Assembly (NCBI GenBank): GCA_963698385.1
Contig: CAVOQP010000006.1
Coordinates: 17,097-81,096, forward strand
Direction: 5' to 3'
Source of the DNA: an uncultured Acidimicrobiia bacterium
GTDB taxonomy: Bacteria > Actinomycetota > Acidimicrobiia > Spongiisociales > JAENVV01
DNA length: 64,000 bases
In this document: one piece after another, positions 20,966 through 30,534 of the stretch
How the letters are laid out: the number at the start of each line of letters is the position of its first letter
How positions within the stretch are numbered: the stretch's first letter is position 1
Made by a program: the position numbers and the translations under genes
The notes under the pieces: model-generated
What the model was told of the DNA's origin: nothing
Seen by the model: only the letters and a program-made list of their open reading frames with translations
The model's database searches: none

Positions 20966-22582
20966 ATGGCATTCATCCACGGCGGACAGATCATGGCCCG
21001 TGCGCTCAAGCTGCACGGCGTCGACACCGTCTTCGTGCTCACGGGTGGCCACATCATGGCGTTTCTCGACGGCTGCGTCCTCGAAGGGATCCGCATCGTC
21101 GATGTCCGCCACGAGCAGGCCGCCGCCCACGCGGCCGAGGCATACACGCGCCTCACTGGCAGGCTCGGAGTGGCGGCGGTCACCGCCGGCCCGGGAGTCA
21201 CCGACACGATCACCGGGGTCGCCACGGCGTTCTCTTCCGGGACCCCGATGATGGTGATCGGCGGCCGGCACAACATCCGCCAGGAGCTCATGGGGGGCCT
21301 CCAGGAGATGGACCACGTGCCGTTGTTCCGTTCCATCACGAAGTGGGCCGGCACCGGGTGGCAGACGACCCGCCTCGCCGAGACGATCGCCGTTGCCATC
21401 CGCCACGCCTTCGAGGGCCGGGGCGGCCCGGTCTTCCTCGACGTCCCCATGGATGTCCAGGTCGACCAGGTCCAGGAGTCGGAGGTCGCGTTCCCCGTCG
21501 GCCCCGGGGTCACCCGCGCCACCGGGGCCTCGGCAGCGGTGCTCGAGGAGATCGCCGGCCTCCTGCGCTCGGCCGAGCGCCCGGTCGTGTTCGGGGGAGG
21601 AGGACTCCACCCCAAGCCCGGGACGATGGGCGCGTTGTCGGAGGCGCTGGGAGCGCCCACCTTCCTGAGCGGGCGGTCCAGGGGTGGGATGCCCCATGGC
21701 CATCGTCTGCTCGGCAACCACTCGCGGTCGCTCTGCCTGGCCCAAGCCGATGTCGTGCTGGCGCTCGGTGTCGATTGGGACTTCCGGACGTCGTTCGGGA
21801 GGACGATCCCCGAGACCACGAAGATCATCCATGTCGACGCCGACGCCACCAGGATCGGATGGAACCGACTCCCCCACCTTGGGACCGTTGCCGACCCGGC
21901 GACAGTCGTCGGCCAGTTGCTCGACGAGGAGTTCGCTCCACGCGAGGAGTGGATCGAGACGTTCCGCGGCCTCGAAGAGGCCATGCGCGCCACCAAGGAG
22001 CAGGGGTTCGACTCGGACGCGGTGCCCGTGAACCCCACCCGCTTCGCCGCCGAGGTGGGAGCGTTCTTCGGGAGCGACTCGATCGTCGCCGTGGACGGAG
22101 GAGACATCGTCTCGACGACAGCCCGATGGCTCCAGGTCTCCACGGCCGGGCACGTGCTCGACGCCGGCCCCTTCGGGACGCTCGGCGCCGGCCCGGGCTA
22201 CGCCGTTGCCGCCAAGGTCGCCTTCCCGGACAAGCGGGTGGGGATCGTGTTCGGGGATGGTGCCTTCGGCTTCAACGGGTTCGAGTACGACACGATGATC
22301 CGTCTCGGTCTGCCGATCATCGGGGTCCTCGGCAACGACGGTGTCTGGAACAACATCAAGACCGTCCACATGGCGGTCTTCCCCGAGCGTGTGGTGGCCT
22401 CCGACCTGGGTCGCCGCCCCTACGCGGCGATCGTCCGGGCCATGGGCGGGTACGGGGAGTTGGTCAAGGACCCGGGTGAGATCCGCCCCGCCCTCGAACG
22501 GGCCGAGGCGTCCGGGCTGCCCTCCCTGGTGGAGGTCCACATCGAGGAGACCCGTCGCATGAGCAGCAACTATGCGAACTAG
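20966..22582 (+). CDS. Thiamine-diphosphate enzyme (acetolactate synthase-like / 2-hydroxyacyl-CoA lyase-like)
   Basis: RHEQAA, TAGPG, GDGAFG...ND ThDP motif; DAGPFGTLG. Confidence 0.88.
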   Translation: MAFIHGGQIMARALKLHGVDTVFVLTGGHIMAFLDGCVLEGIRIVDVRHEQAAAHAAEAYTRLTGRLGVAAVTAGPGVTDTITGVATAFSSGTPMMVIGGRHNIRQELMGGLQEMDHVPLFRSITKWAGTGWQTTRLAETIAVAIRHAFEGRGGPVFLDVPMDVQVDQVQESEVAFPVGPGVTRATGASAAVLEEIAGLLRSAERPVVFGGGGLHPKPGTMGALSEALGAPTFLSGRSRGGMPHGHRLLGNHSRSLCLAQADVVLALGVDWDFRTSFGRTIPETTKIIHVDADATRIGWNRLPHLGTVADPATVVGQLLDEEFAPREEWIETFRGLEEAMRATKEQGFDSDAVPVNPTRFAAEVGAFFGSDSIVAVDGGDIVSTTARWLQVSTAGHVLDAGPFGTLGAGPGYAVAAKVAFPDKRVGIVFGDGAFGFNGFEYDTMIRLGLPIIGVLGNDGVWNNIKTVHMAVFPERVVASDLGRRPYAAIVRAMGGYGELVKDPGEIRPALERAEASGLPSLVEVHIEETRRMSSNYAN

Positions 22583-22583
22583 G

Positions 22584-22618
22584 GAGGAGCGAGGAGCGAG
22601 GAGCGAGGAGCGAGGAGC
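22584..22618 (+). repeat. Perfect heptamer tandem (GAGGAGC)x5
   Basis: Five exact copies starting 2 nt after the TAG at 22580-22582. Confidence 0.95.
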
Positions 22619-22668
22619 CCTGAGTTCACACAGCCGCTCATCGGTCCTTGTGTTTCGTTCCTGGGCCC

Positions 22669-23436
22669 ATGTCTGAGTGGGTCCTGGCGGTGGTGTGGGG
22701 GGTGATCCAGGGACTCACCGAGTTCCTCCCCGTCTCCTCGTCGGGACACCTCGTGGTGATCCCGGAGCTCCTCGGCCTGGACGCCCCTGACCTGGCGACG
22801 AGCGCCCTCCTTCACCTCGGCACCCTTGTTGCGGTGGTGCTGCACTATCGGGGGGACCTGCGCTGGCTGACCACGTTCAGGACCGACCGTGTAGCGCGGC
22901 GCGTACTCGTGCTCCTTCTACTCGCTTCGGTTCCGTCCGGCCTGGCGCTCCTTGTCGAGGACCAGGTCGAGACGCTCCAAGCCTCGACCACCGCGGTCGG
23001 CATTGCCCTGATCGTCACCGGCGTCATCATCTGGACCGCCGATCGTTTCCTCGATCGTGTCGGGGAGTTGGAGACGTTCGGATTCCCCAAGGCGCTGCTG
23101 GTCGGCTTCGCACAACTCGTGGCGGTGATCCCAGGCATCAGCCGTTCCGGGTCGACGATCACCGCCGGGATGGGCCTCGGCCTCTCCCGCGTGCAGGCGG
23201 CCCGGTTCTCGTTCCTGCTCGGGGTCCCGGCCATCGCGGCCGCCGGCACCCTGCAGGGCAAGGAACTCCTCGATGGAACCGGCATCCCGCCAAGCGCCTG
23301 GCTGGGCGTGGCGGTGGCGGCTGTCTCGGGCTACGCCGCGATCGCGCTGCTCTTGCGGGTTCTCGGCCGGGTGGGCCTCCGACCCTTCGCCCCCTACTGC
23401 CTCCTGATCGGGGTCGTGAGCCTGGTGGTTCTGTAG
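22669..23436 (+). CDS. uppP: Undecaprenyl-diphosphate phosphatase
   Basis: QGLTEFLPVSSSGH, PGISRSGSTI, AARFSFLL. Confidence 0.95.
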   Translation: MSEWVLAVVWGVIQGLTEFLPVSSSGHLVVIPELLGLDAPDLATSALLHLGTLVAVVLHYRGDLRWLTTFRTDRVARRVLVLLLLASVPSGLALLVEDQVETLQASTTAVGIALIVTGVIIWTADRFLDRVGELETFGFPKALLVGFAQLVAVIPGISRSGSTITAGMGLGLSRVQAARFSFLLGVPAIAAAGTLQGKELLDGTGIPPSAWLGVAVAAVSGYAAIALLLRVLGRVGLRPFAPYCLLIGVVSLVVL

Positions 23437-23519
23437 AAGTACGAAGTACGGAGTACGGAGCAAGAACGGAGGGCCCTTCTCTTCCTCCCCGTTCCTCGTA
23501 CCTCTTTCCTCGTTCCTCA
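23437..23519. repeat. Two opposed degenerate heptamer arrays filling a convergent intergenic gap
   Basis: ACGAAGT/ACGGAGT/ACGGAGC after the uppP stop; TTCCTCG-type units (ACGAGGA on minus) after the stop of the opposing gene. Confidence 0.75.
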
Positions 23520-24044
23520 CTTCGTGAGGACCACCACGCGGCTGGTGGAGGCGGCCAGCGCCACTCGCTCGATCGACTCCTCTGGGATGGCAACGGAGCC
23601 CTCGGGGTCGCTGAAGCCTGACCCCGGTCCCTCCGCTGGCCTGATCACCACCCCCGGGACCGCCTCAGGCTGCTTGGTTGGGTCGGAGGGGAGCAGCACG
23701 ACCCGGATCTCAGTGCCCGGTGCTGCGCCGAGCGGGACCGGGAGGCGGACCACCCACCAGCCCGGCGGTGGCGCGACGTGGGCGATGTGGCTCTCGATCA
23801 AGGGGTCCCCGGCGGTGATGGCCACGGCTGCCACCCCGGTCGGCGTGACCGGGTGCAGCACCCCGCGTGGCATCGGCACCCCCTCGAACAGGTGGCCCTC
23901 GAGTGGGGCGCCGGCCGGGATGTCCTGTCGGGCAACCGGGATCAACTCCGTCGGCTCGGGCCGTATGTCCATCCAGACGGCGAACAACACCACGAGCGCG
24001 GCCGCGGCATACCGGGCATAGGGAGGGGCAACGAACCAGTACAC
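23517..24044 (-). CDS. SAF-domain (CpaB-like) membrane-anchored protein
   Basis: N-terminal TM, then VARQDIPAGAPL...AITAGDPL SAF pattern; GTG start with TACCTT 6 nt upstream; sits next to FmdB. Confidence 0.65.
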   Translation of the reverse strand: MYWFVAPPYARYAAAALVVLFAVWMDIRPEPTELIPVARQDIPAGAPLEGHLFEGVPMPRGVLHPVTPTGVAAVAITAGDPLIESHIAHVAPPPGWWVVRLPVPLGAAPGTEIRVVLLPSDPTKQPEAVPGVVIRPAEGPGSGFSDPEGSVAIPEESIERVALAASTSRVVVLTK

Positions 24045-24096
24045 CCTGAGAAGGTACGAGACGGGTGCCCGGTTGTGAAGGGGGTTGCCGCTGGGG

Positions 24097-24297
24097 TTAC
24101 TTGTCCGACGAAGCCCCGGACGACCGGGAGTCGGTGGCGTAGAAACCAGACCCCTTGAAGACGATGCTGGCCGGGAGGAAGACCTTGCGGGCCTTGCCGC
24201 CACAGACGTCGTGCGTGACGAGCGGCTTGGCCGAGAACGACTGGAACGCCTCGAACTCCTCCTCGCAGGTCTCACAGAAGTACACGTAGATGGGCAT
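24097..24297 (-). CDS. FmdB family zinc-ribbon protein
   Basis: MPIYVYFCETC...HDVCGG...FKGSGFYATD. Confidence 0.9.
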   Translation of the reverse strand: MPIYVYFCETCEEEFEAFQSFSAKPLVTHDVCGGKARKVFLPASIVFKGSGFYATDSRSSGASSDK

Positions 24298-24416
24298 CTC
24301 GGCCCACGATCGTACTGGCGGACGTCGCCTATCCGCTGGCCGCCTCGTGGCACCGGGGCCGCCGACGATCAGCTGATGTTGAACTTCCCCCCTCGGGAGT
24401 CGTACTCTCCCGGCAC

Positions 24417-25043
24417 ATGACCCCGGTTCTTGCAGCCGCCATCGCCCTCGTCGCCGGATACGCCCTTGGCTCGGTGAGCTTCGCCGTGTGGGTTGGCCGG
24501 ATGCGGGGTATCGACATCTACAAGGTGGGGTCGGGCAACCCTGGGATGTCGAACGTTGCACGCACGATGGGGAAGAAGGCTGCGGCGATGGTCCTCCTCG
24601 GCGACACGATGAAGGGTGTGATCGCTTGCGGAATCGGCCTGGTCCTCCTCCCCAGCCCGGACGGCTTCACGTCAGGCATGGGCCTCGCAGCACTGGCCGG
24701 CCTTGCCGCGGTGGTGGGCCACTGTTATCCGATCCTCCACGGGTTCAAAGGGGGCAAGGGCATGGCGACGAGTTTCGGGGTGCTCCTCTTCATCTCGCCG
24801 GTGGCCACCGCGGCACTTGCACTGTTGTGGTACCTCGTTGTCAAGGCGAGCGGGAAAGCATCGCTCGGTTCGTTGGCCGTGGTGGTTGCCGCCCTCCCGG
24901 CGGTGGCGCTCATCGACCTACCCGATATTGCCTCCGAGGCGCTGTGGTGGCTGGGAGCGATGCTGCTCCTTGTCGTCTACCGCCACAACGAGAACGTCGC
25001 CCGCCTCGTATCGCGGAGTGAGCGGTCGATCGTCGACTCGTGA
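24417..25043 (+). CDS. plsY: Glycerol-3-phosphate acyltransferase PlsY
   Basis: GSGNPGMSN, GHCYP, FKGGKGMAT, RHNENV.RL. Confidence 0.95.
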   Translation: MTPVLAAAIALVAGYALGSVSFAVWVGRMRGIDIYKVGSGNPGMSNVARTMGKKAAAMVLLGDTMKGVIACGIGLVLLPSPDGFTSGMGLAALAGLAAVVGHCYPILHGFKGGKGMATSFGVLLFISPVATAALALLWYLVVKASGKASLGSLAVVVAALPAVALIDLPDIASEALWWLGAMLLLVVYRHNENVARLVSRSERSIVDS

Positions 25044-26272
25044 GACCGCTCGAGGATGCTCGCCGGGACGTGCTGGAAAGCGTCCCCCCTCTTCCCCCGG
25101 TGGTGGTCGGATTGGACGAGGCACTCGGGTTGGTGCTCGTCGACCCGGTCCGTGCTTCCCATGAGCTTCCACCGTTCACCAACTCGGCGATGGACGGCTA
25201 TGCGGTGCGCTCTTCCGATCTCCGCACCGGCCCCGTGGTGCTGTCGGTCTCGGAGGACCTCCCCGCCGGGTACGTGGCATCCGGCTCGGTGGAGCCCGGC
25301 ACCGCGATCCGGATCATGACCGGTGCACCATTACCCGCCGGAGCGGATGCCGTCGTTCGGGTGGAGGAGACCGAACGTGTCGAGGGAGGGGTGCGCATCA
25401 TGGCGGCAGTCGCCCCCGGCACAGCGGTTCGGCTTGCCGGCAGCGATGTAGCGGCCGGGGCTGAGGTCGTGCCGAGCAGGCGGCGTTTGTCGCCGGCGAT
25501 GCTGGGTGTATTGGCGTCTGTGGGCGTGTCACGCCCGACCGTCTTCCGTCGCCCGCGGGTGGCGATGCTCTCGACCGGGGACGAGGTCGTGCCGCCGGAT
25601 ATCGAGACGCTCGGACCGGGGATGATCCGTGACTCCAACCGCCCGACCTTGGGCGCCATGCTCCATGAGCTGGGGGCGGAGGTCGTCGACTTCGGCATCA
25701 TCGGCGACGACGCGCAGAGACTCACCGAGACCATCTCCGAAGCTGCGGCAGGTTGCGACGTTGTACTCACCACCGGCGGGGTCTCGATGGGGGAGTACGA
25801 CCTGGTCAAGCAGGTTCTCGCCGGCCTGGGCACCATCGATTTCTGGCAGGTGGCGATGCAGCCCGGGAAGCCGTTCGCGTTCGGATTCGTCGGAGGAACG
25901 CCGCTGTTCGGGCTCCCGGGTAACCCGGTGTCGGTGACGGTCGCGTTCGAACAGTTCGCCCGGCCAGCCCTCCTGCGGATGATGGGTGCCGAGGCGGTGC
26001 TCCGACCCCGGATGGGTGCGGTCCTCGAGGAGGATGTGTCCACTGACCCAGCCAAGACGGTGTTCCTGCGGGGCGTGACCGGGTACACCGGAGGAGGGTG
26101 GTCGGTTCGCCTCTCCGGGGGCCAGGGGTCGAACATGTTGTCAGCTGTGGCCGCGGGTGATGGGTTCGTAGTCGTCCCCAGGGGCGTCGGTGGAGTTGTC
26201 GCCGGGGCGATCGTCACGGTTGAGATGTTCCGGTGGCCTGAGAGCAGGCCTTTCGAAAGAGGTGTCGCATGA
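25040..26272 (+). CDS. moeA: Molybdopterin molybdotransferase MoeA (Glp)
   Basis: SAMDGYA, IMTGAPLP, STGDE, GGVSMG, PGKP, LPGNPVS. Confidence 0.96.
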   Translation: MRPLEDARRDVLESVPPLPPVVVGLDEALGLVLVDPVRASHELPPFTNSAMDGYAVRSSDLRTGPVVLSVSEDLPAGYVASGSVEPGTAIRIMTGAPLPAGADAVVRVEETERVEGGVRIMAAVAPGTAVRLAGSDVAAGAEVVPSRRRLSPAMLGVLASVGVSRPTVFRRPRVAMLSTGDEVVPPDIETLGPGMIRDSNRPTLGAMLHELGAEVVDFGIIGDDAQRLTETISEAAAGCDVVLTTGGVSMGEYDLVKQVLAGLGTIDFWQVAMQPGKPFAFGFVGGTPLFGLPGNPVSVTVAFEQFARPALLRMMGAEAVLRPRMGAVLEEDVSTDPAKTVFLRGVTGYTGGGWSVRLSGGQGSNMLSAVAAGDGFVVVPRGVGGVVAGAIVTVEMFRWPESRPFERGVA

Positions 26273-26736
26273 CCGAGTTCCCCCATCTCGACGGAGAGGG
26301 CCACGTGCACATGGTCGATGTGGGCGGCAAGCCCGAGACCGACCGGGTGGCGATCGCGGAGGCGGTCGTACGGATGGGTGCCGCGACCGCCGACGCCCTC
26401 TTCGGTGGGTCGCTCCCCAAGGGCGATGCCCTCGCCTCGGTCCGGTTGGCCGGGATCATGGCTGCCAAACGGACGCCCGATCTCATCCCGCTGTGTCACC
26501 CGATGGCGCTCACCGGCGTCACCGTCGACGTTGGACGCGTGGCCGACGGGGCACGCATCGTTGCCTCAGTGGGCACGACCGGGCGGACGGGCGTGGAGAT
26601 GGAGGCGATGACTGCGGCTGCAGTGGCCGCTCTGGCGCTCTATGACATGGTGAAGGGAGTCGAGCGGGGAGTCGAGATCGGGGCGGTGCGTCTCATCCTC
26701 AAGGATGGCGGCCGGAGCGGGCGGTGGGAACGGTGA
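26269..26736 (+). CDS. moaC: Cyclic pyranopterin monophosphate synthase MoaC
   Basis: MVDV, LIPLCHP, TGVEMEA, YDMVK. Confidence 0.97.
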   Translation: MTEFPHLDGEGHVHMVDVGGKPETDRVAIAEAVVRMGAATADALFGGSLPKGDALASVRLAGIMAAKRTPDLIPLCHPMALTGVTVDVGRVADGARIVASVGTTGRTGVEMEAMTAAAVAALALYDMVKGVERGVEIGAVRLILKDGGRSGRWER

Positions 26737-27203
26737 ACGCCCTGGTGCTGACGGTCTCCGATCGGGTGAGCCGAGGTGAGGCCACGGATCGATCAGGGCC
26801 CGTCGCAGTGGAGGTCCTTGCCGGGCTGGGTATCACCGCCGACATCTCCGTGGTCGAAGACGGAATCGAGTCGGTGGCGGCGGTGCTGCGAGCTGCCGTG
26901 ACGGAGGCCCGCCCACTGGTGGTCACCACTGGTGGAACCGGTCTCGCCGCCCGCGACCTCACCCCCGAAGCCACCGCGCTCGTGATCGAACGGCCGGCAC
27001 CTGGGATCGCCGAGGCGATGCGGGCGGCGACATTCGGCGTCCTGCCAATGGGGATGCTCTCGCGAGGGCTTGCCGGCGTGGCTGGGTCGACCCTGATCGT
27101 CAATCTGCCGGGCTCGGAGAGAGCGGTCCGGGAAGGTCTCGATGTGATTGGGCCGGTCCTCGGGCATGCTCTCGACCTTCTCGGCGGCCGCACGGGGCAC
27201 TAG
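26733..27203 (+). CDS. MogA/MoaB molybdopterin adenylyltransferase
   Basis: [27 protein letters not shown]. Confidence 0.92.
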   Translation: MNALVLTVSDRVSRGEATDRSGPVAVEVLAGLGITADISVVEDGIESVAAVLRAAVTEARPLVVTTGGTGLAARDLTPEATALVIERPAPGIAEAMRAATFGVLPMGMLSRGLAGVAGSTLIVNLPGSERAVREGLDVIGPVLGHALDLLGGRTGH

Positions 27204-27331
27204 GCCGGCATCCAGGGCCCGAATCGCAGAAACCGGCTCGAAATCCGCCGGATTGATTGGGTGTGTGCCAAGGGCGCGCCTAGCATTCGCCCCACCCTGT
27301 CACATTGACCACCGTCCGGAGATAAGACCGC

Positions 27332-27754
27332 GTGCAGAGCCTCGTGATCATCGTTCTCGCGATCGCCGGAGTCTGGGGACTCTTCCTCCTCCCCTCGCTG
27401 ATCGAAGCCCGTCGAGAGGCGCCCCTCACCAGCACCGAACGCTACGGTCACGTCGCCCAGCGCCTCTCCGAGGTCCAGGCGGGCACCCGCGGGCGGCCTG
27501 TCAACTCCCGCACCAGGGAGCGTCGACGCCGGGTGCTGATCCTCTCGTCCGCGGTGGCGATAGCCACCCTCGCGTTCGCAATCCTCACCTCGAGCCTCGC
27601 CGCCCTCATCGGCCATCTCGTCATCGACGCGTTCATAGCGTGGTACCTGGCGATGATCGTGCAGCTTCGCAACCAGGAGCAGCAGTTCGCCGTCCAGGCC
27701 CACCACCAGTCGTCGGTCGACCGGTTCGACGAGGTCAAGATCGTCGCCAGTTAG
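27332..27754 (+). CDS. Membrane protein, positional and architectural match to SepX/GlpR
   Basis: N-terminal TM (W..FLLP), RERRRR, two further TMs; lies between moeA-moaC-mog and tRNA-Ala(CGC) as in other actinobacteria. Confidence 0.55.
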   Translation: MQSLVIIVLAIAGVWGLFLLPSLIEARREAPLTSTERYGHVAQRLSEVQAGTRGRPVNSRTRERRRRVLILSSAVAIATLAFAILTSSLAALIGHLVIDAFIAWYLAMIVQLRNQEQQFAVQAHHQSSVDRFDEVKIVAS

Positions 27755-27913
27755 TGCTGGGTCCCCGAACCTCTGCGGTGTTCCGTCGGCCAGGATCGCC
27801 GCTGGCGGTGCCCTCGTCCTTGACGCATCCACGGATGCGCCTGCGTCCTGCGTCCGTGCCAGGAACCATCCTGACTCGCCAGCACCCACACGAACGTCCG
27901 AGGACACAGCACT
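27753..27913. mobile_element. MITE-like palindromic element, about 161 bp
   Basis: 18-bp terminal inverted repeats matching at 15/18 (AGTGCTGGGTCCCCGAAC / GTCCGAGGACACAGCACT); internal CAGGAT..ATCCTG and CGCATC-CACG-GATGCG stems; left end overlaps a TAG stop. Confidence 0.6.
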
Positions 27914-27926
27914 GTGTGGGTCATCA

Positions 27927-28553
27927 ATGACCGACCTGGAGTCGATCGAAGCACTCGCCCGAGAGTCGTTGGATGCGCGCAACGGCGCCCGGGAGACAGC
28001 CCTCGCCACCAGCCGCCGAGTGATCCGTCTCTCGGCCAATACCATCCGCTCGCTTCACCGCGGAGAGTTGGATGCGGCGCAGCGGCTCACCAACGACGCG
28101 GAGTCGGAGCTGCGGGCCCTGTCGGCGGCGGTTGCTGACCACCCCGACCTCCAGTTCGCGGGGTTCACGATCGATGCCCAGAAGGAGTTCGCCGAGGCGC
28201 GGCTCACGTTTGCCATCGTCACAGGAGTACCCCTTCCCACGCCGATCGACCTGACGGTCGACATCGTCCCTTTCCTGCACGGCCTGGGGGAAGCGGTTGG
28301 AGAGATGCGCAGGCGACTCCTCGACATGCTCCGGGCGGGCGATCTCAGCGAGGCCGAGCGATTGCTGGGCGGGATGAACGAGATCGTCGACCTACTGGCT
28401 GCCCTCGACTATCCCGACGGCATGACAGCGGGCTTGCGGCGCACCACCGACGTCGCACGGTCGTTGGTGGAGCGGAGTCGGGCAGACGTGACCAGCACCG
28501 CTGTCCAGGAGCGACTACGGGCTCAGCTTGCGCTGCGGCTCGATCCCGACTGA
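27927..28553 (+). CDS. Translin/TRAX (C3PO-like) family protein
   Basis: All-helical, 208 aa; RE...SR..IR.S...I..LH, QKEFAEA, GLGEAVGEMRR and LRR..D..R..VE motifs typical of archaeal-type translin. Confidence 0.8.
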   Translation: MTDLESIEALARESLDARNGARETALATSRRVIRLSANTIRSLHRGELDAAQRLTNDAESELRALSAAVADHPDLQFAGFTIDAQKEFAEARLTFAIVTGVPLPTPIDLTVDIVPFLHGLGEAVGEMRRRLLDMLRAGDLSEAERLLGGMNEIVDLLAALDYPDGMTAGLRRTTDVARSLVERSRADVTSTAVQERLRAQLALRLDPD

Positions 28554-28557
28554 TCGA

Positions 28558-29457
28558 TCAGGTGGCGTCGGCTACCGGCTCCAGTGGTGCCTTGACGCCC
28601 GCGGAGCGCAGGAACTCCAGCACCAGCAGGGTGGCGACGACAGCGGCGATGCTCAGGTGGGTGGCCACCACCGCCGACGAGCGCACCTCGGTGAGGACGT
28701 GCAGCCAACCGGCGAGGATGTTTGCCGAGTAGAGCCAGACCGTGGTGGTGATGACCCTCCGACTGGCAGCCGGACGGCCGGCCTTCTTTCCCGCCATGGC
28801 CAGCCAGATGAGGCCAATGAGCAGGAGGCCCGCCGCCACCCGATGGAACCAATGGATGTCGGCGAAGTAGCTCCAAGCGCCCGGGAGGAGGCCGATGTCC
28901 ATGAGGGGCCATCCGGGGAAGTACTGGTTGTGGACGATGGAGCCCAGGAAGAGCACGGCAAGCGATGAGATCGCCGACGCCGCAACCGCCATCTTCCAGC
29001 GGCCTGAAGCCGGTCGGGAGTGCTCCGGGGAGGAGGCGACGAAGACTGCCGTGATGAGGAAAGCCACCGTCAGGGAGATGACGAGGTGAAGCGAGACGAG
29101 GTCGGCGTCGAGGTCGTTCTTGACAACGGCCCGACCGATCCAGGCCTGGATGAAGATGGCCACGAGTGCCGAACCTGCAAGGAAGAAGGGCGCCTTACGG
29201 GTCTTGCGGTACCGCCAGGCCGAGACGAGCAGCAGCAATGCGAACAGCCCGACCCAGGCCGCGAGCCACCGATGGGTCCACTCGACGATCATATGGAACT
29301 CCGGGCGAGGTAGCCACCCACCGAGGAGTCCGTCCTTGCAGAGCGGCCAACGGTCCTCGCAGCCGTAGCCACTCTCGGAGCCACGGGTGAATCCCCCGAA
29401 TCCGATCAGGAACAGGGTGAGGATGAGGGTGATGCGGGCGAGTCTGGATGTGCGCAC
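28558..29457 (-). CDS. ctaA: Heme A synthase COX15/CtaA family
   Basis: SGYGC..WPLC, EWTHR, conserved His in SLHL, HWFHR and ATHL. Confidence 0.85.
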   Translation of the reverse strand: MRTSRLARITLILTLFLIGFGGFTRGSESGYGCEDRWPLCKDGLLGGWLPRPEFHMIVEWTHRWLAAWVGLFALLLLVSAWRYRKTRKAPFFLAGSALVAIFIQAWIGRAVVKNDLDADLVSLHLVISLTVAFLITAVFVASSPEHSRPASGRWKMAVAASAISSLAVLFLGSIVHNQYFPGWPLMDIGLLPGAWSYFADIHWFHRVAAGLLLIGLIWLAMAGKKAGRPAASRRVITTTVWLYSANILAGWLHVLTEVRSSAVVATHLSIAAVVATLLVLEFLRSAGVKAPLEPVADAT

Positions 29458-29503
29458 GGGTCGGAAGTGTACGTGGCCCGCCGCGGGGTGGATTCGGCTG
29501 GAC

Positions 29504-30109
29504 CTACCCGGTGGGTGTCATGTCGAATTCGCCCTCGGCGCTGCCGCCTCCCTCGAACTCGATGACGTAGGTCCCGACGAAGCCGTCTTCGACCAGCGAT
29601 GCGAGCACCTGCATCGAGGCGATGGCCGGCGACGGGACATCCAGGGCCTCGACCATGATCCCATTCGGTGTGAACGAGAACGTGAGGATGCCGAACACTG
29701 CCGACTCCATCGTCGCCCCGACGGTGGCATCAGCGATGTCGAAGCTGAACTCCTCGGCATCGGGATCGGCCTCCCCGAACACGAAGCCGTCCACGTCGAG
29801 GGTGACCGAGACCACTCCTTCCTCGCTGGCCTCGAGCGATGCAGAAATCGGACCCGACGACCCGAAGGTGGTGTTGCGCCACTCGCCGGCATAGGTGCCC
29901 GAGATCTGGGCGGCGATGAGCGCCATGGGGTCCACGGCCGGCGCTGTGGTGGTGGTCTCGGCCGGGAGTGTCGTTGTGGTGGTCGTCGTCGTGGTGGACG
30001 TGGTTGTGGTGGTCGTCTCGGCCACGGCTTCGGTCTCCTCGGTCGCACCACCGCAGGCGGCGAGCACGAGTGCCAAAGCGACGAGCAGAATCAGGGGTCG
30101 AATGTGCAT
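29504..30109 (-). CDS. Lipoprotein with Thr-rich linker
   Basis: LVLAAC lipobox, poly-Thr tract; AGGAGG RBS. Confidence 0.8.
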   Translation of the reverse strand: MHIRPLILLVALALVLAACGGATEETEAVAETTTTTTSTTTTTTTTTLPAETTTTAPAVDPMALIAAQISGTYAGEWRNTTFGSSGPISASLEASEEGVVSVTLDVDGFVFGEADPDAEEFSFDIADATVGATMESAVFGILTFSFTPNGIMVEALDVPSPAIASMQVLASLVEDGFVGTYVIEFEGGGSAEGEFDMTPTG

Positions 30110-30181
30110 GGTCTCCTCCTGCCAGCAGGATACCGACGGCCGAACCGGATCCCCGGGTCTGGGGTAACATGCCGCTCCCGC

Positions 30182-30255
30182 GGGGGTGTAGCTCAGTTCG
30201 GCAGAGCACTACGTTCGCAACGTAGGGGCCAGGGGTTCAAATCCCCTCACCTCCA
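30182..30255 (+). tRNA. tRNA-Ala (CGC)
   Basis: Acceptor GGGGGTG/CACCTCC with G3:U70; anticodon arm CTACG-TTCGCAA-CGTAG; GTTCAAATC T-loop; CCA not encoded. Confidence 0.96.
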
Positions 30256-30259
30256 CCGT

Positions 30260-30296
30260 CAAGAAGTCCCTGTTGCGCAAGGGTTTCTTGTCTTTT
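30260..30296 (+). terminator. Possible terminator hairpin after tRNA-Ala
   Basis: caagaagtccct...agggtttcttg imperfect stem followed by tctttt. Confidence 0.45.
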
Positions 30297-30534
30297 CGGG
30301 GTCGCTTGGTCCATGGAGCCCGGACTGACTGGCGCAGACCGATGGTGGTCGAGGCGTCAGCCGGCATGGCTCGAGTCACCCGAACCCTCGTCGCGACCAG
30401 GGCGCCCTTGCCGGCCACCGAACCAACCCTGAGGAGCCCGGCGTCCCCTGGAGAAGCACCAAGAAGGCGGACGGTTTGCCGACGCTCTCTCGCCGGCCCG
30501 GGACACATTGATAGGCTCGGTCATTCGAGAAGGG

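Noticed and set aside
29936..30020. Poly-Thr tract as a DNA-level repeat element
   Set aside because: Mixed ACC/ACG/ACA codons indicate an ordinary lipoprotein linker.
30256..30534. Prophage or ICE attachment site at tRNA-Ala
   Set aside because: No integrase and no duplicated tRNA end found in the window.
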